Of a DNA stretch of 13,827 bases, positions 8,218-13,827 are shown in pieces (the first letter of the stretch is position 1; each line of letters starts with the position of its first letter). The stretch is taken from assembly GCA_003345595.1 (NCBI GenBank), contig PRDI01000116.1, positions 1 through 13,827 of the forward strand. The letters are read 5' to 3'. The position numbers and the translations under genes were made by a program. The notes beneath the pieces are model-generated. The model saw only the letters and a program-made list of their open reading frames with translations. It was not told the origin of the DNA and searched no databases. The DNA is from Candidatus Thorarchaeota archaeon (GTDB lineage Archaea > Asgardarchaeota > Thorarchaeia > Thorarchaeales > Thorarchaeaceae).

Positions 8218-8535
8218 ATGACCATGCCAGCACAACCTGAAGTCGTTCCGGTACCGCGAGTTCCCCTTCCCGAAGCGGTGTTCAAGATCATGCAAGTGCT
8301 TCGGAAAGGAAGAGCTCTATCCATCTCGGAGCTGTCCAGAGTGACCGGCGTCGATAGGCGGACCGTCGGGAAGGCGCTGAAGATGCTCGAGTCTGTGCAG
8401 AACACTCTTCATTCACGCAAGTTTGAGATGAAGGAAGTAGGTAGGAGGAAAATGTTCGCTCTAAGCATGAAACGCGCGAGGGCGCGAGAAGTGATCTCAT
8501 CTGCGAAGCAGAAAGTTGTCCATAGGAGGCATTAG
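8218..8535 (+). CDS. Small basic winged helix-turn-helix DNA-binding protein (putative transcription regulator)
   Basis: KIMQVLRKGRALSISELSRVTGVDRRTVGKALKML gives three wHTH helices, followed by the beta-wing FEMKEVGRRKMFAL. The start is likely ATG 8218 or 8224, downstream of the TATA at 8194-8200, rather than 8170. Confidence 0.85.
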   Translation: MTMPAQPEVVPVPRVPLPEAVFKIMQVLRKGRALSISELSRVTGVDRRTVGKALKMLESVQNTLHSRKFEMKEVGRRKMFALSMKRARAREVISSAKQKVVHRRH

Positions 8536-8538
8536 CAG

Positions 8539-9069
8539 ATGTCAAAGGTTCTTGGCGTTTCTCTGACATTGCTGTTCGTAACACTGGGCTCTGTGACAGC
8601 ATATATGCTCTGGCAGATGTTTGGTTGGTTTGTCGGAGTGCAAGTGGTTGCCATTCTGGTTATCGCGGCGTATGGAGAACACTACGTGTCAGGCAGGGGA
8701 TACTACCATTACACTCCGATCAATGGCTTGTTCATAGGACGAGTGCCGGCATACATACCATTCATGTGGGTCTTTGTGATTCAGGCAACGTATTTGGCGG
8801 GTCTGTTGAGCGGGCTCATCCCTGAGATCGCAATATTGACGTCCGGAGCTATGGGCCTATGTGTCGACTTTCTGTTTGTTGAGCCTTACTTCAGCAGGAC
8901 CAAGGGATTCTGGCTGTGGAAGCAGGTCGACCGGGGTTATTTCGCGTTCTTGCCTCCTCATTTGAACCGATTCACAGCGCCTGCTGGGAACTATCTCGTT
9001 TGGTTGGGCTTTCCGGCCATACTGAACTGGTTCTTGGCAGCCATGGTGTTGATCGCTAGATTACTTTAG
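8539..9069 (+). CDS. Membrane protein of the CruF / carotenoid biosynthesis (DUF422-like) hydratase family, divergent
   Basis: 176 aa with about 5 TM helices. It shows both family-type repeats: GEHYVSGRGYYHYT-x3-G-x2-IGRVPAYIPFMW (E..G.Y.Y...G...VP..IP..W) and VDFLFVEP-x6-GFWLW...APAGNYLVW (D...D/EP...W.W...P..NY..W). It starts 3 nt after the wHTH stop. Confidence 0.7.
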   Translation: MSKVLGVSLTLLFVTLGSVTAYMLWQMFGWFVGVQVVAILVIAAYGEHYVSGRGYYHYTPINGLFIGRVPAYIPFMWVFVIQATYLAGLLSGLIPEIAILTSGAMGLCVDFLFVEPYFSRTKGFWLWKQVDRGYFAFLPPHLNRFTAPAGNYLVWLGFPAILNWFLAAMVLIARLL

Positions 9070-9170
9070 GTGCAGCGGCGGCCTGCAGAAGTTCCCACAC
9101 ACTACGAGAGTGTTACGCCCGATATACACACGCTCTTCTATCAGGAGTCTTCTCTGTTTCGTGAACACCC

Positions 9171-9404
9171 ATGTCTGAGTCTAAGGTGAAATGGCTTCTG
9201 AAGAACAAGATAGTCTGCGACTTCAGAGGTTACCCAATTGGTCGTGTGACGAAGCTATGGTACGACCACGCAGAAGGCCCTTTGGTCATAGTGGAGCGCT
9301 CGTCTCCTGACGATGGGGGTTCCAGCTGGGAGGCAATCCCAATCCGGGCCATCGACACCGTAAGTGAGCATGTCCGTCTGAAGCCCCCTGTCTTTGCAGA
9401 GTGA
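9171..9404 (+). CDS. Stand-alone PRC-barrel domain protein
   Basis: 77 aa; L-x-NKIVCDFRGYPIGRVTKLWYD...VIVE...AIPIRAIDTVSEHVRLK matches the PRC-barrel pattern (l.gk.V.d..G..iG.V.dl..d...ip...i..v.d.v.l). Confidence 0.8.
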   Translation: MSESKVKWLLKNKIVCDFRGYPIGRVTKLWYDHAEGPLVIVERSSPDDGGSSWEAIPIRAIDTVSEHVRLKPPVFAE

Positions 9405-9499
9405 GCCAGGTGACGAGGCACGCTAGCGGTGATGTTCGACGTTACCAGTATCAAGAGGACCTCAAATCGTCAGTGGCCAAGAACAAACGGGAGAATAGC

Positions 9500-9850
9500 A
9501 TGATGATGCAAGAAAGCGGATTCAGCGAACCTGTCATATCGGTCACTGAGGTTGGGGGTAAATCCAAGATTCGTCAAATCAAGGTGACTGTGTATACGAG
9601 CAAAGGCTGTATCTTCTGCAAGGAAGCAATAGAAATGCTACGTGAGGCCGCCGGGCATTTTTCCCGTGAGCAACTAGGAGTCGAAGTAATCGAGTCACGA
9701 GTGGATGACAAGCCGGAGCTGGTTGAGTCTTTGGACATTGTGGCAGTACCGACGATTCTTGTCGGCAAGTCCCGTGTCATAGGGCTGCCAAGGTTAGAAG
9801 AGCTTGAGAGCCTGATCCACGAAGCCATGTTTTTCCCCACTGGACTCTAG
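9500..9850 (+). CDS. Thioredoxin/glutaredoxin-like redox-active disulfide protein (MJ0307-like)
   Basis: KVTVYTSKGCIFCKEA (CxxC), cis-Pro loop IVAVPTILV, and IGLPRLEEL. The start is probably one of ATG 9500/9503/9506 after SD-like GGGAGA (9489-9494). The maximal ORF starts at GTG 9401, overlapping the PRC stop (GTGA). Confidence 0.88.
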   Translation: MMMQESGFSEPVISVTEVGGKSKIRQIKVTVYTSKGCIFCKEAIEMLREAAGHFSREQLGVEVIESRVDDKPELVESLDIVAVPTILVGKSRVIGLPRLEELESLIHEAMFFPTGL

Positions 9851-9858
9851 ATCTCAGT

Positions 9859-10614
9859 TCACGAGAAGTTCAAGCCAAGTATCAGCCACGCATTCTCTTT
9901 CGTGACCAATCGAATAGTTTCCACATTGAGGTTTATCAGATTAAGACAGTCTGACAAATCCTGGTACTCTGTGTGGTGTTCCGAGCCATACACTAGGCGG
10001 CTTACCCCAATGTCTTGGACGAGCGCATCAAGAAAGACCCGTAGTGGGGATTCTACGAGCTTGATGAGATTGATTGAGATCTCCAACCATAGATTGTCCC
10101 TTTTCAGCAGAGGGAGAACGCCTGGGAATCCAAAAAGGCCGCCCATATGAAGCACCACGAACCTGCCCTCGGGCCATAGCGAGGTACACTTGTCGATGAA
10201 TGACACAGTCTTGCCTGTTGTTTCGTGGTTATGGAAGTACACTGGCAGTCCGTTTTCGACAGCGTCGCGCACAATCGCATCCGAAGCTGGATCAGAAGGA
10301 TCGTATGTGCTTTCATCGAGCATGAGGGCGATACACCCCTTGTCCACCGACCGCTTGACCATTGTTCGAGCCAGGTCCATAGGCCTTGGCATCACAGAGC
10401 ATGCAGCGAACAAGCGGTCTGGTGAAACAGCGGCGGCTTTGAGATAGAGATCTGTCCTCACCCTAGGTTCGATAGGCGTCAGGACGGCGCGCTCAATCCC
10501 GAAAATGTCCATCCTCTCTAGCAGTGTGTCGACATGCTTACCCACATTGTCTATGCTGACCTGAGTCACTGACATGCGGTCATTGCCAAGGTGCGTGTGG
10601 ATGTCACTTGTCAT
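9859..10614 (-). CDS. Amidohydrolase family protein (Amidohydro_2-like TIM barrel), atypical active site
   Basis: DIHTH, MD-x2-GIERAVL, GLPVYFH, FVVLHMG, NLWLEIS, RLVYGSE and ENA-x2-LGL. The start is set at ATG 10614 (MTSDIHTH), because the DxHxH motif normally lies within a few residues of the N-terminus. The maximal ORF starts at 10674. Confidence 0.88.
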   Translation of the reverse strand: MTSDIHTHLGNDRMSVTQVSIDNVGKHVDTLLERMDIFGIERAVLTPIEPRVRTDLYLKAAAVSPDRLFAACSVMPRPMDLARTMVKRSVDKGCIALMLDESTYDPSDPASDAIVRDAVENGLPVYFHNHETTGKTVSFIDKCTSLWPEGRFVVLHMGGLFGFPGVLPLLKRDNLWLEISINLIKLVESPLRVFLDALVQDIGVSRLVYGSEHHTEYQDLSDCLNLINLNVETIRLVTKENAWLILGLNFS

Positions 10615-10722
10615 ACTGCTACGCCCTGACACGTGCATGTTCGCCTTTTCTATTATCGTGTCATGTATGTTCACATAGCATTACGTCTAAATACGGCCGC
10701 ATGGTCTTATCTGTGAGAATGC

Positions 10723-11403
10723 GTGACCGAAGAAGAGAGAGTGAGAATCCTTGAGAGGAGTCTCAGGGATGTCTCGGATGAGATTAATCGGGATCAATAC
10801 ATGCTCATGGAATACCTGATTCCTGTTATCGACGGCTGTCGAGCAGCTCTCAGGGTTGACGTCGGCAAAGCGTTCAACCTCCATCAGCTGCAGGATAGTG
10901 AGTTCCAAGAGTACCTCGATGGCATTGAGCAGTCATTCAAGGCGCTAACAATCTGCTTCAGGGCAAGAGACACTGGCGAGATATGCTCGATAGTCTTCGT
11001 GGAAGGGCGATCGTCTGTCTTTGACGAGTGTGTGGAACCTGACGTCGTGGTCGTTTCCAACTCTGCCATCCTTCTGGACCTGCTAGATCCCGATTCTCAA
11101 GCTCTCCCAACAGATGTCCTAGGTTCGAAGGTCAGTGTGTCCGGAAACGAACCGCAAGAGGTGCTTGAAGCACTTGGTTTCCTCTGCTATACCCCTCTGT
11201 TGCGAATGGCACGGTCCGGCATTGACCCATCTTCACTCTTAGCAGAGGATGCCGATTCGGTGATTATGGCAGCGGCCTCTGACCTAGTTACGAAAATGGT
11301 TGGCAAATGGATAAGCTCCCAGCTGAGCCAGTCTAGTGATAACGCGAGTGATGCTCCGAAGTCTGTCAAGCAAGGCCATGGTAGGGAAAGACGAGCTCCT
11401 TGA
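10723..11403 (+). CDS. Hypothetical acidic protein with a central SCP2 (sterol carrier protein 2)-like domain
   Basis: 226 aa. Residues about 75-150 (LTICFRARDTGEICSIVFVEGRSSVFDECVEPDVVVVSNSAILLDLLD...GSKVSVSGN) follow the SCP2 pattern of three strands, pD-strand, helix and 'gki.v.Gd'. The ORF itself is well supported; the fold call is by eye. Confidence 0.6.
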   Translation: MTEEERVRILERSLRDVSDEINRDQYMLMEYLIPVIDGCRAALRVDVGKAFNLHQLQDSEFQEYLDGIEQSFKALTICFRARDTGEICSIVFVEGRSSVFDECVEPDVVVVSNSAILLDLLDPDSQALPTDVLGSKVSVSGNEPQEVLEALGFLCYTPLLRMARSGIDPSSLLAEDADSVIMAAASDLVTKMVGKWISSQLSQSSDNASDAPKSVKQGHGRERRAP

Positions 11404-12514
11404 CTCTTCGCAGCGTCCGTTCTAGGTCCAATGCAATCGTTTCCCTGGGAATTTCGGTATGAATAGCCTCCTGTTCATCACGCATTGTTGTGGGCGCGTT
11501 GGCTCGTTCATCATCAGTACAGGCTTGTAAGAAGTCCTCTGGTATGTTGACAGGGACCTTCTCATCCAGCATGATTGACAGAAAGAGGGTCCATAGTCTA
11601 GCGACATTGATGACATTGTATCCTCCTCCACCAACTGCGAGCCAACCTAGGTCGCACATGCTACTAGAAAGTGACTTCATCTTTCTGATAACGGCTTCAT
11701 AGCCATGACTCGTATAGCTCAGGTGTGCAAGCGGGTCGAGATAATGGCCATCGACACCCAGCTGCGTGACGAGAAGGTTTGGCTTGTATGATTCGAAGAG
11801 AGGGACGACAATCTCTTCAAGAACCCGGACTAACTCAGCACTCCCCCCGCCCGGCAAGAGAGGTACATTCACAGAGTACCCGACGCCCTCTCCCGCGCCG
11901 GTTTCGTGTACAAAACCCGTACCAGGAAAGAGTGTCTTCCCGGTCTGATGGACGGAGATCGTAAGTACTTGCTTCGAGCGGTAGAAGGCGTTTTGCACCC
12001 CATCTGCATGGTGTGCGTCGAAGTCGAAATAGAGAATCTTGCATGGTTTTTTCTTCAGTAGGTAGAGAAGCGAAACTGCTACATCGTTGAATATGCAGAA
12101 CCCGGACGCTTGGCTTCTCTGCGCGTGATGAAGACCCCCCGATATGACAAAGGCGTTGGTGGCACCTTTGAGCATCTCCTTCACTGCGTCAAGGGTTGCA
12201 CCTACGTACCTTGCGGCAGCGTCATAGACATTGGCAAAAACTGGATTGTCAGTAGTGCCTAAGCCATACCTTATGTCGACACAGGTTTCATCGTGACATG
12301 CCATGACTGCGTCGATGAAGTCTGGAGTATGAAACAACTCCAAATCGCTCCTCGCCGCAATCGTCGGACTGATTTCTCGCACCTTCTTGAGCAGCCCAAG
12401 CTCCTTGGAGAGCTCGTAGGTGAGCTTCAGTCGCTCCTGCTTCAGAGGGTGGTCCCTGCTGAACTGGTAGTTCAACAGCGCTTCTGTGTAGGGGTAGACT
12501 AACTTTCCTTTCAT
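11366..12514 (-). CDS. acuC: Zn-dependent histone deacetylase family protein, AcuC / class I-like
   Basis: HPLKQERL, GGLHHA, SGFCIFND, DFDAHHADG, SVH, LFPGTG, NVPL, QLGVDGHYLDPL and GGGGY (catalytic His pair, Zn ligands and Tyr all intact). The start was moved to ATG 12514 (MKGKLVYPY). The 3' end overlaps the convergent SCP2-like ORF by 38 nt. Confidence 0.93.
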   Translation of the reverse strand: MKGKLVYPYTEALLNYQFSRDHPLKQERLKLTYELSKELGLLKKVREISPTIAARSDLELFHTPDFIDAVMACHDETCVDIRYGLGTTDNPVFANVYDAAARYVGATLDAVKEMLKGATNAFVISGGLHHAQRSQASGFCIFNDVAVSLLYLLKKKPCKILYFDFDAHHADGVQNAFYRSKQVLTISVHQTGKTLFPGTGFVHETGAGEGVGYSVNVPLLPGGGSAELVRVLEEIVVPLFESYKPNLLVTQLGVDGHYLDPLAHLSYTSHGYEAVIRKMKSLSSSMCDLGWLAVGGGGYNVINVARLWTLFLSIMLDEKVPVNIPEDFLQACTDDERANAPTTMRDEQEAIHTEIPRETIALDLERTLRRVKELVFPYHGLA

Positions 12515-12571
12515 TGCAAGGCCTGCGATAGAGATAAGCTGTTTATGTCTTGTTCGCCATGTGCACAACGT

Positions 12572-13645
12572 CTACGTGGAGGCTTCCGCTAGGCGACCTT
12601 CCTCCGCGGCTGTTTTGATGTCAATCATACATAGATCAAGTGGCGACTCTATAGGTTGTTTGAGCTTCAGCGCCAGTCTTCGCATTTCGGGGCTAGTCGG
12701 GCCTACACAGGGTGCGCCTGGCACTCGGACGCTGACATCGAATACGACGAACTCAGATTGCTCCGTGAGGGCACCCTGCAAGGAAAACAAACCAATCATC
12801 TTGGGGGGGAAGTGCTTCCTGACTCCCACCAGGAACTTCTCTGCGGTTTCGTACACGAGGGGTTTCTTACTTTCGCGCATGGTAACCCCGAAATGTCCTG
12901 CTTCCTCGTTTGTCACTGGGGCAGTCAGCTTAAGCTGGTCTCTTGCTGGGAGATTCAGCAGCCCGCCGAGGTTGGTCTGTATTCTATCGTCGAAACCCAC
13001 GAGGTCGAGAGCCCCGAAATCGTCTTCGATCGCATACGCTTGGAAGTTGGCATTGAACCTGGCGGCTATGACGAACTCTTCTATGGTGGCATTTGCCAAT
13101 TCCTTCTCTGAGATGACTCCCTGCTTGATCAGAGTCCTGCTCTGGCTTTCATAATCCGCAGCAGAAACAACACAGAAAAAAGCACGCTCGTGGGGCCTTG
13201 CCTTCTGATGGACCTTCACTATTGCTAGTCGATCGATTCGATTGGGCGTGAAACGCTTGGGTGTTCTGATCCCACACTGATCGAGCAGCCATTGCTGGTC
13301 TCTGGGGCCTCCTCTGTCCTCGACCCGCAGCAGTCCCCTATTACCGTAGATAGGTATTTTGAATCGCTTCTCTATGTCATCGTATGGCACATATGTTGTG
13401 AATGCCCGGTTGGGTATCCAGAGCGTGTTCAGCTCCGTCAGCTCGGTTTGGACCTCCTCGCCAAGAACTTCGTCAAATCTGTCGAGCAGAATGAAATGGT
13501 CGAAAAGGTGCTTGTCGTACTTTGAGTACAGTTTCTCTCTGCCTTTCTCGCAGACTATTACAGTGTCGAACCCGTGTGACTTCGCGGCGACTCCAATCTC
13601 TTCAGCACTGTGGGAGCCAAGAGTACCAATTATAGGCAGCTTCAC
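12572..13645 (-). CDS. purP: PurP-like ATP-grasp protein (FAICAR synthetase family, DUF1246/DUF1297)
   Basis: IGTLGSHSA, AK-x2-GFDT, IPNRAF-x2-Y, PIYGNR-x-LLRVEDR, IVK, ERAFF, IEEF, DDRIQTNL, E-x-GH-x3-TMRES, GLFSLQ and FDVSVRVPG. The likely start is GTG 13645 after SD GGAGAGG, not 13732. It may be the paralogous subgroup rather than the proven enzyme. Confidence 0.85.
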   Translation of the reverse strand: MKLPIIGTLGSHSAEEIGVAAKSHGFDTVIVCEKGREKLYSKYDKHLFDHFILLDRFDEVLGEEVQTELTELNTLWIPNRAFTTYVPYDDIEKRFKIPIYGNRGLLRVEDRGGPRDQQWLLDQCGIRTPKRFTPNRIDRLAIVKVHQKARPHERAFFCVVSAADYESQSRTLIKQGVISEKELANATIEEFVIAARFNANFQAYAIEDDFGALDLVGFDDRIQTNLGGLLNLPARDQLKLTAPVTNEEAGHFGVTMRESKKPLVYETAEKFLVGVRKHFPPKMIGLFSLQGALTEQSEFVVFDVSVRVPGAPCVGPTSPEMRRLALKLKQPIESPLDLCMIDIKTAAEEGRLAEAST

Positions 13646-13783
13646 CGCATGGCCCTCTCCGAAGTTAGCAGATGATATCCGACACGTAGTTTCGCCTGAC
13701 ACCCTACTAAGCTTTGCTCTTCGATAGGCCATCTGGAAGGTTTATCTAAGCGATTGCTCCTTGCTCTCCTTGGGTAGTCATAA

Positions 13784-13827
13784 ATGAAGGACAAGGAGGA
13801 GCTGACCACTTATTGCGGGCTCTACTG
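13784..13827 (+). CDS. N-terminus (truncated) of a probable DUF3795-family Cys-rich metal-binding protein
   Basis: Not in the ORF track. ATG 13784 gives MKDKEELTTYCGLY(C/W), and 'YCGLYC' near the N-terminus is typical of DUF3795. TATA-like TTTATCT lies at 13741-13747. Only 14 full codons are visible. Confidence 0.6.
   Translation, partial: MKDKEELTTYCGLY

Noticed and set aside
9500-9850. KaiB-like clock protein (PELVESLDIVAVPT resembles KaiB PQLAEEDKILATPT)
   Set aside because: The intact CxxC and overall pattern fit MJ0307-like thioredoxins, and there is no kaiC in the window.
11366-11403. 38-nt convergent overlap of the SCP2-like and HDAC genes as antisense regulation
   Set aside because: Short 3' overlaps are common in compact archaeal genomes, and the overlapping tail is low-complexity and likely a stop-codon drift.
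2705-12514. TGA stops (MBL, 3-TM, PRC, amidohydrolase, SCP2-like, HDAC) as selenocysteine codons
   Set aside because: Each falls at a natural-looking C-terminus, not in a redox motif. Readthrough of the MBL and PRC stops ends quickly. I saw no convincing SECIS. Both thioredoxin-fold proteins use Cys.
219-13727. Numerous short alternative-frame and antisense ORFs in the track (e.g. 219-479, 2529-2792, 6870-7265, 12561-13154)
   Set aside because: They overlap well-supported genes, lack recognisable motifs, and have the composition expected of shadow ORFs.
1-13827. CRISPR arrays, tRNA/rRNA, IS elements, tandem repeats, defence systems
   Set aside because: By eye I found no periodic repeats, cloverleaf or T-loop motifs, transposase or integrase ORFs, or nuclease/defence domains.

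Overview
Gene-dense archaeal window. An archaeal origin is supported by a PurP-like ATP-grasp protein, an MJ0307-type thioredoxin, an ATP-dependent DNA ligase and TATA-type promoters. An Asgard (Thorarchaeia-like) origin is my inference from gene content and is unverified. The window holds 14 complete CDSs plus two edge-truncated CDSs missing from the ORF track: an ABC solute-binding protein N-terminus at the left edge and a DUF3795-like CGLYC protein at the right edge. Gene order: ABC SBP(-), YyaL/SPATA20-like thioredoxin-domain protein(-), MBL hydrolase(-), 3-TM protein(-), ATP-dependent ligase(-), glycosylation-sequon-rich membrane protein(+), GPH-family MFS(-), wHTH(+), CruF-like membrane protein(+), PRC-barrel(+), thioredoxin(+), atypical amidohydrolase(-), SCP2-like protein(+), AcuC/class I HDAC(-), PurP-like(-), DUF3795-like(+). 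I saw no tRNA, rRNA, CRISPR array or mobile element. The best candidate for an undescribed system is a possible lipid/isoprenoid-handling module at 6.7-11.4 kb. It comprises an atypical MFS transporter divergent from a wHTH + orphan CruF-like hydratase pair across a palindrome-rich promoter, with an SCP2-like protein and a non-canonical amidohydrolase nearby. The ligase also carries actinobacterial LigB-type signatures. All family calls come from motif recognition by eye, not database searches.
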